From: Actinomadura alba
GTDB lineage: Bacteria; Actinomycetota; Actinomycetes; Streptosporangiales; Streptosporangiaceae
NCBI RefSeq assembly: GCF_039530285.1
Contig: NZ_BAAAOK010000005.1
Location: forward strand, 289,961 to 353,960
Reading direction: 5' to 3'
Length of the DNA stretch: 64,000 bases
Under the pieces are notes generated by a model. The model was not told the DNA's origin and did not search any database. It saw only the letters and a program-made list of their open reading frames with translations. The position numbers were made by a program, and so were the translations under genes. Shown here in pieces: positions 18,533 to 26,968 of the stretch (position 1 is its first letter; every line of letters begins with the position of its first letter).

Positions 18533-19525
18533 TCAAATGACCGCAGACTCCGTCGACTCGGGGGCGAACAACTCCTCGGGTGTCCACAACCGCTTGGACA
18601 GCCCCTGCTCGTGGTGGTAACGCAGGAAGGTGGCCAGTGTCTCGTGGTTGCCCTCGATCCCGTAGGACCAGTAGTCCTTGCCCAGCAGGGCTCGTGCTTC
18701 CTCGAGTTGCGGGGTCAGCCAGGGAAGCATGAACCGCAGCGCCGAGGTGTCGTAGAGGTTCGCGTACGCCGCCTCCTTGGCCGCCAGCAGGGCCTTGTAG
18801 AGCGACTGGGCGACCCAGGGATGGCGGTCGTAGACATCGCGCCGGATCACGACCACGTGCATGATCGGGAAGATGCCTGTCGCCGCGTAGTACTCCTTCT
18901 CGCTGGCGACGACATCGGTGAACACCCGTCGCACACGGGGGTCGCCGGCGACGAACGGGCTCGGGACGCGCGGAGTGCACAGGGCGTCGATCTCGCCCTC
19001 GGCCAGCATGGCGGAGAGCGTCCTGTCCTCGGGAATGCGGCTGATCCGAACCGAGTCCGGCAGGTCGACGCTCGCCTTCTCGATGCGCCCGGCCGTCTCC
19101 TGCCCGCCCGTGAGGTAGGTGACCGAGTCGAACGGGACGCCGTGCCGGTCACCGAGGATGCCGCGCATCCACACGCAGGCGGTGAGCTGGTACTCCGGTG
19201 TGCCGACCACCTTGCCCCGCAGATCCTCCGGCGACGAGATGCCCGCGTCGGCGTGGCAGTAGAGCGATCCATGCCGGAACATGCGGGAAGTGAAGACCGG
19301 CAGGGCCACGAACGGCGAGGGGTCGGTGCGCAGCGAGACGACGTAGGAGGACAGCGACATCTCCGCCACCTCGAACTCCTGGTGCCGCATCATGCGGAAG
19401 AACGTCTCCTCGACGGGCAGCCGCAGATAGGTCAGGTCGATCCCGTCGGGGCGGATCGTCTCCTCGTTCAGGGCCCGCGTCCGGTCGTAGTCGCCGCAGG
19501 CGAAGGTGAGGTGCAGCCGGGGCAT
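18533..19525 (-). CDS. 4,5-dihydroxyphthalate decarboxylase-like protein (PhtD family), paralog 2
   Basis: 330 aa; MPRLHLTFACGDYDRTRALNEETIRPDGIDLTYLRLPVEETFFRMMRHQEFEVAEMSLSSY, same family signature as 11326..12273. Confidence 0.55.
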   Translation of the reverse strand: MPRLHLTFACGDYDRTRALNEETIRPDGIDLTYLRLPVEETFFRMMRHQEFEVAEMSLSSYVVSLRTDPSPFVALPVFTSRMFRHGSLYCHADAGISSPEDLRGKVVGTPEYQLTACVWMRGILGDRHGVPFDSVTYLTGGQETAGRIEKASVDLPDSVRISRIPEDRTLSAMLAEGEIDALCTPRVPSPFVAGDPRVRRVFTDVVASEKEYYAATGIFPIMHVVVIRRDVYDRHPWVAQSLYKALLAAKEAAYANLYDTSALRFMLPWLTPQLEEARALLGKDYWSYGIEGNHETLATFLRYHHEQGLSKRLWTPEELFAPESTESAVI

Positions 19526-19529
19526 GGTC

Positions 19530-20552
19530 TTACCTGCCTTGCGAAGTCAGTAGCGCGTGCAGACGGGGGTAGACGCGCCGGGTGTTGGCCTCGAAGACCT
19601 TGTGCCGCTGCTCGTCGGTGAGATAGGCGCGGTCGACATACTGCTTGGTGTCGTCCCAGGCGATGCCGGTCTCGGGGGCGACGCCGCGGACCGCGCCCAG
19701 CATCTCCGACGCGAACAGGATGTTGTCGGCGCCGACGACCCGGTGCAGCAGGTCGATGCCGGGTTGGTGATATACGCAGGTGTCGAAGAAGACGTTCTTC
19801 ATGACGTGCTCTGACGGGTCCGGACGGCCCATCCGGACGGCAAGGCCCCGGTAGCGCCCCCAGTGGTAGGGCACCGCTCCGCCGCCGTGCGGGATGACGA
19901 ACCGCAATGTGGGGAAGCGGCCGAACAGGTCTCCCTGGAGCAGCTGCATGAACACCGAGGTGTCGGCGTTGAGATAGTGCGCGCCGAGGGTGTGAAAGTT
20001 CGGGTTGCAGGACGTCGAGACGTGGATCATCGCCGGGACGTCCAACTCCACCATCGCCTCGTACAGGGGGAACCAGTACGCGTCGGTGAGCGGCGGCGAG
20101 GTCCAGTGGCCGCCGGACGGGTCGGGGTTGAGGTTGCACCCGACGAAGCCGAGGCTCTCCACACACCTGCGCAGTTCGGCTGTCGCGTCGTCGAGCGTGC
20201 CGCCGGGTGTCTGCGGCAGCTGGCACACGCCGGCGAAGTGCTGCGGGAACAGGCCGACCACCCGGTGGATAAGGTCGTTGCTCACCCTCGCCCATACGCG
20301 TGCGGTCTCCGGATCGGGCACGTGGTGCTCCATCCCGGAGGCCTTCGGCGAGAAGAGCATCAGGTCGCCGCCGCGCTCGCGCAACAGCTTCAGCTGGTTG
20401 TTCTCGACGCTCTCGCGGATCGCGTCGTCGCTGATGGCGACCGGCGCCAGCGCGGGCAGGGAGGCATCCGCAAGCCGGGCGAGCTGCGCGTCGCGGAACG
20501 CCTGATGCTGCGGCGGGGTCGTGGTGTAGTGCCCATGGCAGTCAATGATCAT
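19530..20552 (-). CDS. amidohydrolase-2 family protein (LigI/LigJ/ACMSD-like hydrolase/decarboxylase)
   Basis: 340 aa; MIIDCHGHY metal-binding N-terminus, HGGGAVPYHW, typical PF04909-like TIM-barrel. Confidence 0.7.
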   Translation of the reverse strand: MIIDCHGHYTTTPPQHQAFRDAQLARLADASLPALAPVAISDDAIRESVENNQLKLLRERGGDLMLFSPKASGMEHHVPDPETARVWARVSNDLIHRVVGLFPQHFAGVCQLPQTPGGTLDDATAELRRCVESLGFVGCNLNPDPSGGHWTSPPLTDAYWFPLYEAMVELDVPAMIHVSTSCNPNFHTLGAHYLNADTSVFMQLLQGDLFGRFPTLRFVIPHGGGAVPYHWGRYRGLAVRMGRPDPSEHVMKNVFFDTCVYHQPGIDLLHRVVGADNILFASEMLGAVRGVAPETGIAWDDTKQYVDRAYLTDEQRHKVFEANTRRVYPRLHALLTSQGR

Positions 20553-20596
20553 CGTACGTGTGGTCCTCGTTCCTGGTGGGATCGCCGCGGACCGGC

Positions 20597-21286
20597 TCAG
20601 TCGCCCGGCGCCCGGTCGACGTAGGTCAGACCCTTGCGCGCGAGCCGTTCACGCATGGAGTTGACGTCGAGACCGAGTTCACCGCGCGCGTAGCGCTCGC
20701 GGAGCACCGCCTCCCTCTCTTCCCGCGCTCGGGATGCCTCGAGCACCTGTGCCGCCCGGCGGCGCGGGACGACCACGACCCCGTCGTCGTCAGCGACGAT
20801 CACGTCACCCGGCTCGACCCACTGGCCGGCGCAGACCAGGCCGGTATTGACGTCGCCCAGGGTCTCCTTCACCGTCCCGAACGCGCAGATGTGCCGCGCC
20901 CACACGGGGAATCCCATCCGCTCGAGTTCCGCGATGTCGCGGCAGCCGGCGTCGATGACCAACCCGCGCACGCCGCGTGCGGCGACCGAGGTGGCGAGCA
21001 GTTCGCCGAAGTAGCCGGCCTCCGAGGGAGACGTGGGCGCGACCACGAGGACGTCACCCTCCTGGCACTGCTCCACCGCGACGTGGATCATCCAGTTGTC
21101 CGCCGGCGGCACGCTCACCGTCACCGCGGTCCCCGCGATGTGCGCGCCGGAGTAGACCGGGCGCAGGGCGGGCGCGAGCAGCCCGGTACGCCCCTGCGCC
21201 TCATGGATGGTGGCAACGCCGTACCGGCCGAGGGCGTCGACCGTCGTCCTGTCCGTACGGCGCGGGTTGCGGACGACGATGCTCAC
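20597..21286 (-). CDS. RraA-family 4-carboxy-4-hydroxy-2-oxoadipate aldolase / oxaloacetate decarboxylase (LigK/GalC-like)
   Basis: 229 aa; ...[41 protein letters not shown]... RraA fold signatures. Confidence 0.75.
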   Translation of the reverse strand: MSIVVRNPRRTDRTTVDALGRYGVATIHEAQGRTGLLAPALRPVYSGAHIAGTAVTVSVPPADNWMIHVAVEQCQEGDVLVVAPTSPSEAGYFGELLATSVAARGVRGLVIDAGCRDIAELERMGFPVWARHICAFGTVKETLGDVNTGLVCAGQWVEPGDVIVADDDGVVVVPRRRAAQVLEASRAREEREAVLRERYARGELGLDVNSMRERLARKGLTYVDRAPGD

Positions 21287-21350
21287 AGACCCTCCTTCGT
21301 CGGGCTGTTAGCAAAGCTGCTGTGCCTATTGACTCGCTCGCTCCGCTCGC

Positions 21351-22469
21351 TCACGCTTCCTCCGCCCACGGGAGCAGGGAGACATGGACGACGTCCTTGG
21401 CGCCTTCGCCGCCGACGGTCCGGATGGCGCGGTCGGTGTCCTTCAGACCGAACGTGTGGGTGCTCAGTTTCTCCAGCGGGAACCGTCCGGAGGCGAGCTG
21501 TTGGAGGGCGAGCTCGCAGGAGCGGTAGCTGTGGCCGCGGGCGCTCTTGATGCTGATGGACTTCTCGGTGATCTTCTTGAGCGGGAAGTCGGGGAAGGCG
21601 GCCAGTTCGCCCTGGACCACCATCGTGCCCTCGCGGCGCTTGAGCGCGTCGATGCCGAGCAGGATCGGGGCGGTGCCGGCGCCGGCCGTGCAGTCCAGCA
21701 CGACGTCGACCCCCTTGCCGCCAGTGATCTCCAGAACGCGGTGCAGGGCGTCTTCCCGCAGAATGTCGATGACGTGGTCGGCCCCCAGCTCCTTTGCCAG
21801 AGTCAGCCGCGCGGCGTCCCGCGTCGTCCCGGTGACGATGATGCAGGTGGCGCCCGCCTGCCTGCAGGCGACGACCTGGGAAAGCCCCTGCTGCCCGGGG
21901 CCCTGGATGAGGACCGTCGAGGCGTAGCCGACGCCCGCGGTGACCAGAGCCCACTCGATGCCGTTCGACAGCGGCGTCACGAGGCCCGCCAACTCGGCGG
22001 AAACACCGTCAGGAACGCGGTGCGTCACCGAGTTCCAGGGCAGGTAGAGGTACTGCGAGAAGCCGCCCCACAGGTGGAAGGGGTTATCCGCGGAGGTGTA
22101 ACCGTAGCGGCGGGCGTCGGGATTGGTGCGCCAGTCGGTCGCCTCGCAGTGGCGGTACTCGCCCTGGTGGCACCAGTCGCAGCGGAAGCAGCCGACGTAG
22201 TGCTCGACGAAGACGCGGTCGCCTTCCACCAGGCCCTTGCGCTCGGAGAACGTGCGTCCTGCCTTCGCGATGACACCGACGTTCTCGTGGCCCATGATCA
22301 CCGGCTCGGCGAACGGCGGCTTCGCGTACATCTTGACGTCAGTGCCGCAGATCCCGGCGACCTCGACCTTGAGCAGGGCGCCGTCATCAGGGATGTCCGG
22401 CATCGGGAACTCGCGTAGTTCGGTCGTGCCCGACCCGGTCCTGACCGCTGCCAGCACCTGCTCTGCCAT
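21351..22469 (-). CDS. Zn-dependent alcohol dehydrogenase (MDR family)
   Basis: 372 aa; GICGTDVKMY, GHENVGVI, structural Zn Cys cluster CFRCDWCHQGEYRHC, Rossmann LIQGPGQQG. Confidence 0.8.
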   Translation of the reverse strand: MAEQVLAAVRTGSGTTELREFPMPDIPDDGALLKVEVAGICGTDVKMYAKPPFAEPVIMGHENVGVIAKAGRTFSERKGLVEGDRVFVEHYVGCFRCDWCHQGEYRHCEATDWRTNPDARRYGYTSADNPFHLWGGFSQYLYLPWNSVTHRVPDGVSAELAGLVTPLSNGIEWALVTAGVGYASTVLIQGPGQQGLSQVVACRQAGATCIIVTGTTRDAARLTLAKELGADHVIDILREDALHRVLEITGGKGVDVVLDCTAGAGTAPILLGIDALKRREGTMVVQGELAAFPDFPLKKITEKSISIKSARGHSYRSCELALQQLASGRFPLEKLSTHTFGLKDTDRAIRTVGGEGAKDVVHVSLLPWAEEA

Positions 22470-22510
22470 GGCATCTCCTCATTCTCAAGCCTGTCCAGGG
22501 CACACTATAG

Positions 22511-22542
22511 TCAGTGGACTGATGGACTGACCAATCAGCCGG
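22511..22542. promoter_or_regulatory. Repeat cluster TCAGT-GG-ACTGA / TGGACTGA x2 / CTGACCAATCAG upstream of Zn-ADH
   Basis: Tandem 8-mer TGGACTGA at 22515-22530 plus flanking inverted repeats, in 145-nt intergenic. Confidence 0.25.
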
Positions 22543-22614
22543 CACCCGGTGCGCGCCCGCCGGCCGGTGTCCCCCCGCGGCGTGCCGCATCATGAGAGTC
22601 GCCCGTCTGACTCC

Positions 22615-23469
22615 CTATGCTCCGTCCAGGAACCGCAGCACCCTGGCGGGAGCCGTCGACTCGGTCTGCTCGGCCACCGGGACGTCCCAGTACTCGGATC
22701 GGGAGAGGCACTCCTGGAGGTAACGGGCGGCCGAGGGCGCGTGCGAATCGTCCTGCCCGGGGACCACGAGCGCGGGGATGTCGAGCGCCAGAAGGTCCTC
22801 GGGCTCCGGCCCGGGAACCGTGTCGCGGTCGAACATCAACCGTGCCATGCCGCTGACCAGGACGCGGTAGCGGTCCGCGTCGGCCCGCGCGTACACGTCG
22901 GCGAACGCCGGATCGCCGCGGAGCACGCTGGCCCAGGGACCCACGCGGGGGTCCGCGGGGAAACCCTTGTCCGAGCTCTTCGCGAGGGCCGCCACCTGCT
23001 CCAAGCCGTGCGCATCAGCGTAGGCCAGGTGCTGGGCGAACCGGGCGTGCTGCTTCATGCGATATTTCACCCCGCCCGCGGGCGAGTACAGCACCATGCT
23101 CAGGACCCGCTCGGGATGGGCCACCCCGACAGCTGCGACGGTGGAGCAGCCGACGCAGCCGCCGATCAAATGCGCCTGCGCAATGCCCAGATGGTCGAGC
23201 AGCCCCACGCCCTGCGCTACGTAGTCGGCCCAGGAGATCCGCTCCAGCCGGCCACCGGACCGGCCCGACTCCCGCCGGTCGAAGGAGACGCAGGTGTACT
23301 TCTCGCTGAGGTGGTCGAGCAGCCGCAGGCGCCGGTAGATCCCCACCGTCCGCCAGCTCTCCAGAGTCGAGTCGAAACCGCCGGGAGAGAACATCAGCAG
23401 CGGCGGCCCGGAGCCGGCCACCTCGTAGCGGGTGGAGATCCCGTCGACAACGGCGGTGGGCATGGACAT
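22615..23469 (-). CDS. alpha/beta-fold hydrolase
   Basis: Start MSMPTAVVDG at 23469 (GAGGAG SD); nucleophile elbow GGCVGC, abhydrolase core; upstream 75 codons of ORF are junk. Confidence 0.7.
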   Translation of the reverse strand: MSMPTAVVDGISTRYEVAGSGPPLLMFSPGGFDSTLESWRTVGIYRRLRLLDHLSEKYTCVSFDRRESGRSGGRLERISWADYVAQGVGLLDHLGIAQAHLIGGCVGCSTVAAVGVAHPERVLSMVLYSPAGGVKYRMKQHARFAQHLAYADAHGLEQVAALAKSSDKGFPADPRVGPWASVLRGDPAFADVYARADADRYRVLVSGMARLMFDRDTVPGPEPEDLLALDIPALVVPGQDDSHAPSAARYLQECLSRSEYWDVPVAEQTESTAPARVLRFLDGA

Positions 23470-23551
23470 TGCTCCTCGCGGTCGCCCGCCGCGGCGCCGG
23501 TTCGCGATGGTGCGGGGCGGGGCCGGGCGGTTGGAATGGTGGGATGGAGTG

Positions 23552-24385
23552 TCAGCTTGCGGGTGGGACGGGAATACCGCCGGCGACCTGACGTGCGGCA
23601 CGCACGTCCTCGGCATATGCCGTGATCGCGGCGAGCGTTGTCTGTGCAACGTTCGCGTAGGTGTTCGGAGGGTTGTCGATGGCCGATGCGGCATAGCCGA
23701 TGGCGGCGTGCGCCATGCGCATCCGGCCGTCGAGCCACGGGCCGCCGCCGAATCCTCCGACGACCGGAATGGAGACGGCCTGGGCGACGGCGGCCCCGAC
23801 GACCGGCCCGGAGTTGGTGAAGTTGAGCAGCACGGCGCCCGCGTCCTCCAGCCGCTTGGCCTCAGCGACCAGCGCGTCCTTCATCGCCACCGGCACCTGG
23901 TCGTCGCTGGACGGGATCGCGTTGTACTCGGCTCCGTAGCGCAGCGCGGTCTGCGGCGTGATCCCGAACTGCGCGAACACCGGGATGCCCGCACGCGTGA
24001 TCGCCGTGACGGAGTCGAGGAAGTCAGAGGCCGCGTCCAGTTTGACCATGTCTACGCCGGCCTCCTTGACGAACCGGATGGCCGCTCGCAAGGCGCTGTC
24101 CGTGCCCTCCTGGAGGGGGCCGAACGGGAAGTCGGCGCTGAGCAGGGCCCTGTTCACCCCCCGTCGAACCGCCTGCGTGACCACGAGCATCTGATCCATC
24201 GTGACCTCGAAGGGATTGGAGTGACCCCACAGGTTCACGCCGACCGTGTCGCCGACCGAGACGATGTCCACCCCGGCCCGGTCGACGATACGGGCGATCT
24301 GGTAGTCCCAGGCCACGACACCGACGATCTTGCGACCGTCGTCCTTCATCCGCTGCAGGGTGCGCAGGCTGATCTTGTCGGACAT
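23552..24385 (-). CDS. PanB-family protein (3-methyl-2-oxobutanoate hydroxymethyltransferase-like / PEP-mutase-ICL superfamily)
   Basis: 277 aa; KIVGVVAWDYQIARIVDRAGVDIVSVGDTVGVNLWGHSN...ADFPFGP: PanB-like signatures. Confidence 0.65.
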   Translation of the reverse strand: MSDKISLRTLQRMKDDGRKIVGVVAWDYQIARIVDRAGVDIVSVGDTVGVNLWGHSNPFEVTMDQMLVVTQAVRRGVNRALLSADFPFGPLQEGTDSALRAAIRFVKEAGVDMVKLDAASDFLDSVTAITRAGIPVFAQFGITPQTALRYGAEYNAIPSSDDQVPVAMKDALVAEAKRLEDAGAVLLNFTNSGPVVGAAVAQAVSIPVVGGFGGGPWLDGRMRMAHAAIGYAASAIDNPPNTYANVAQTTLAAITAYAEDVRAARQVAGGIPVPPAS

Positions 24386-24402
24386 CTCGCCTTCGGCTTC
24401 CT

Positions 24403-24426
24403 CTGTCGTCGTTGGGTGGACGACAG
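24403..24426. other. Hairpin CTGTCGTC-(8 nt)-GACGACAG between unknown gene and PanB-like gene
   Basis: 8-bp stem seen in sequence, 18 nt upstream of PanB-like start. Confidence 0.2.
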
Positions 24427-24476
24427 GGCCGCGCGGGCTGGCGCCCGGCGACCCTGTCCGGCTGTCTGCTCCCGTC

Positions 24477-24992
24477 CTAGACCCTCAGGGCCGTGAGCAG
24501 TTCGAAGACATCGCTCTCGTCCGCGGACAGCAGCAGCACCCGGGCGTGCGGCCGGAGGGCGGCGACGGCGTCCTCGGCCTCGAAGCCGTCGCCGAGTACC
24601 ACCCCTGCCGTCGTGATGGCGCTCGCGCTGCAGGCCCTGCCGATGGCCGCCGCGTAGGCCCGTCCCGAGTCATCCGTCGCGAGGACGACCACCACGTCGG
24701 TGCCGTTCAGCACGTCCCCTAGTGCGGCCGGCGAACCGTCGAGCCCGTACAGCGGGACCTCTCCCGCCGGCTCGTTGCTCCCACCGGCTCCACGCGTGAC
24801 CTCGCAGGTGTAGAACCTGGCGTTGGCCCACGGTCCGCCCGCGACGCGGCGGGTGACCGCCGCGGCTCTCGCGTCCAGCGCGATGACGCGTGCGGCCCTG
24901 GCGGGTGCGATCGGCACAGTGATCCGGTAGCGCGCCTCACTCGCGGAGGCCGCCCTGGCGCTTTCGCTCGCGTACATCGACGGCGCCGACAT
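24477..24992 (-). CDS. hypothetical protein (Ala-rich, weak FtsZ/tubulin-like nucleotide-binding fold resemblance), encoded immediately 3' of Rieske oxygenase
   Basis: 171 aa ORF, stop-start spacing 1 nt with upstream oxygenase; ...GTDVVVVLATDDSGRAYAAAIGRACSASAITTAGVVLGDGF...; no recognised motif. Confidence 0.4.
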   Translation of the reverse strand: MSAPSMYASESARAASASEARYRITVPIAPARAARVIALDARAAAVTRRVAGGPWANARFYTCEVTRGAGGSNEPAGEVPLYGLDGSPAALGDVLNGTDVVVVLATDDSGRAYAAAIGRACSASAITTAGVVLGDGFEAEDAVAALRPHARVLLLSADESDVFELLTALRV

Positions 24993-24993
24993 C

Positions 24994-26280
24994 TCAGACC
25001 GACGACTGCGGGACGCCGGGAATGGCCGTGACCGCGTCGCGGCAGGAGTCCAGGAAGGACTCGGCCTGCGGCAACACGACCGCCGCCGAGCGCACTCGGT
25101 GGTGCGCCGGGTTCACCCCTGGAGGCGTCACGCCTTCGTCCCGCAGCGCGATCGCGGCCTTGCGCAGCTTCTGGCGGGCCTTGATGATCCCGCTGTCGGC
25201 CGGGACCAGCCGCTCCTTCGTGCGGTCCACGATCGGCCCCATGCTCTCCTGGAGCGAGGCGTCCTGCATGGCGATGCCCGCCACGCCGGAGTAGGTGTCG
25301 CCGCGCTTTTGCGCCTCGCGGTCCATCAGGTAGTCGTTGTCCATGTTGGCCGCGGGCCGGTAGGTCCCCGGGATGTTCTTGCTGTGGACCCCGTGACCGT
25401 CGATCATGGCCTGGCGTTCCGCGGTCGTCAGCGGACGGACCGGATGGTAGTCGAAGGAGTACGTCCAGCAGTTCTCGTCGTCGATCGGCACCCAGAAGTG
25501 GCCGTGCACCGGGTGGTCACCGCGTGGCGGCACCATCGTGAAGGCCGGCATCACCCACGGCGTGATCCGCCAGTAGTAGCTGCCCTCCTCCGCGTTGCGG
25601 CGTGCGCCGACGAACAGCCCGCCCTCGCTGTCGGCGACCTCGAAGAACGGCTTGGTGTCCTTCATGTTGTACTCGTTGCCCTTGGCGCCCTTGAACAACG
25701 GGTCGTTCTTGAGGCCGCCGGAGTGCAGGAACGTGACGTGACTGGAGTCGATGCCGCCCTCGAACGCCTGCAGCCAATTGCACTGCTGCCACCGCTTGGA
25801 GGTGTAGGTCTGCTCCGGCGGGACGTGCGCGAACTCGAACTCCGGCAAGCCCGGCTGCTTGGCCGGGTCACCCATGTAGGTCCACAGCACGTCACCGACC
25901 CTGACCAGCGGGTACGCGGTGAGCTTCACGTTCTGGCAGAAGCTGCTGTTGTCCGCCTCCGACGGCACCTCCACGCACTGGCCGGTGACGTCGTACTTCC
26001 AGCCGTGGTAGGCGCACCGCAGACCGGACCCCTCGTTGCGGCCGAACCACAGCGAAGCGCCCCGGTGCGCACAGAACTCGTCGACCAGGCCATACCGCCC
26101 TTCGCTGTCACGGAAGGCGAGCATGCGCTCCGACAGGAGCTTCACACGCACCGGCGGCGAGTCCTTCTCCGGAAGCTCCTCGGCGAGCAGCGCGGGAATC
26201 CAGTACTGCCGGAACAAGTCGCCCATCGGCGTCCCAGGACCGGTCTGTGTCAAAAGCTCGTTGATGTCCTGCCTTAGCAC
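24994..26280 (-). CDS. Rieske non-heme iron aromatic-ring-hydroxylating oxygenase, alpha subunit (phthalate dioxygenase family)
   Basis: 428 aa; Rieske CAHRGASLWFGRNEGSGLRCAYHGWKY; mononuclear Fe His motifs; no beta subunit nearby; GTG start after AAGGGAAAC. Confidence 0.85.
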   Translation of the reverse strand: MLRQDINELLTQTGPGTPMGDLFRQYWIPALLAEELPEKDSPPVRVKLLSERMLAFRDSEGRYGLVDEFCAHRGASLWFGRNEGSGLRCAYHGWKYDVTGQCVEVPSEADNSSFCQNVKLTAYPLVRVGDVLWTYMGDPAKQPGLPEFEFAHVPPEQTYTSKRWQQCNWLQAFEGGIDSSHVTFLHSGGLKNDPLFKGAKGNEYNMKDTKPFFEVADSEGGLFVGARRNAEEGSYYWRITPWVMPAFTMVPPRGDHPVHGHFWVPIDDENCWTYSFDYHPVRPLTTAERQAMIDGHGVHSKNIPGTYRPAANMDNDYLMDREAQKRGDTYSGVAGIAMQDASLQESMGPIVDRTKERLVPADSGIIKARQKLRKAAIALRDEGVTPPGVNPAHHRVRSAAVVLPQAESFLDSCRDAVTAIPGVPQSSV

Positions 26281-26420
26281 GGCCGTTTCCCTTCAAGTGA
26301 TGGACCGTCATCGGGGTGGCGATATCGATAGGTTCGCGATGGTGGTCTGCAGTCCCACCGGGCGACCAACATGCCTCCAACTGGTGCGTCCGTGGCTGGG
26401 CATCGCGTACGGATGGGAGG

Positions 26421-26744
26421 TCAGGGCTGCTCCGGAGGGATCTCCACCGTCAGACCATCGAGGGCCTTCGTGATGCGTATCTGGCATGCGAGACGACTGG
26501 TGCTGCGCCGCTCCGAGACCGCCATGTCGAGCAGATCCTCCTCCATATCATTGGGGGGTCCGACGATTGGTGCGAACTCCTCGCTCACCCAGACGTGACA
26601 GGTAGCGCAGGAGCAGTTCCCGCCGCACTCCGCGACGATCCCGGGGACGCCGTTCTTGACCGCGGCTGCCATGACCGTGTCACCGACCGCCGCGTCGACG
26701 GCGTATTCGCGACCGGCGCTGCCGATGTAGATCACTTTGGACAA
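26421..26744 (-). CDS. [2Fe-2S] ferredoxin (adrenodoxin/putidaredoxin type)
   Basis: 107 aa; CGGNCSCATCHV ... LACQ cysteine pattern. Confidence 0.85.
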   Translation of the reverse strand: MSKVIYIGSAGREYAVDAAVGDTVMAAAVKNGVPGIVAECGGNCSCATCHVWVSEEFAPIVGPPNDMEEDLLDMAVSERRSTSRLACQIRITKALDGLTVEIPPEQP

Positions 26745-26812
26745 GATCCGCCATGTCCTCTCACGGTCGTTCCCCCCAAGTGACGGACGCGCGCTCCGGT
26801 GAAGTGTCGTCC

Positions 26813-26837
26813 TATGGTATGTCCATTAGACCAGATA
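26813..26837. promoter_or_regulatory. Composite operator-like site TGGTATGTCCA / CCATTAGACCA about 75 nt upstream of ferredoxin gene
   Basis: Each half one mismatch from TGGTATGACCA (16296) and TGGTTAGACCA (12504). Confidence 0.4.
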
Positions 26838-26968
26838 CTTGGGTGGCCGCACAAGCGACTTCTGGTCAGCGGCCGCAAAGCCGGGGCCAATCGCAACCCT
26901 CGTGGCACCGAGGTGTGTTGAGGGCATGGCGCAGGATGCGGAGGCATGGCGGCGCTTCCTGTTCGCGC

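Larger units (their letters stand above)
17130..18535 (+). mobile_element. IS200/IS605-family element carrying tnpB only (boundaries approximate)
   Basis: TnpB ORF flanked within 29 nt by stop of neighbouring gene and by subterminal hairpin at 17134-17153; no tnpA. Confidence 0.45.

Noticed and set aside
22549-23625. ORF 22549..23625(+) and the N-terminal 75 codons of 22615..23694(-)
   Set aside because: The plus ORF is the antisense shadow of the alpha/beta hydrolase. The hydrolase's upstream extension is compositionally junk and lacks an SD, whereas MSMPTAVV at 23469 has GAGGAG.
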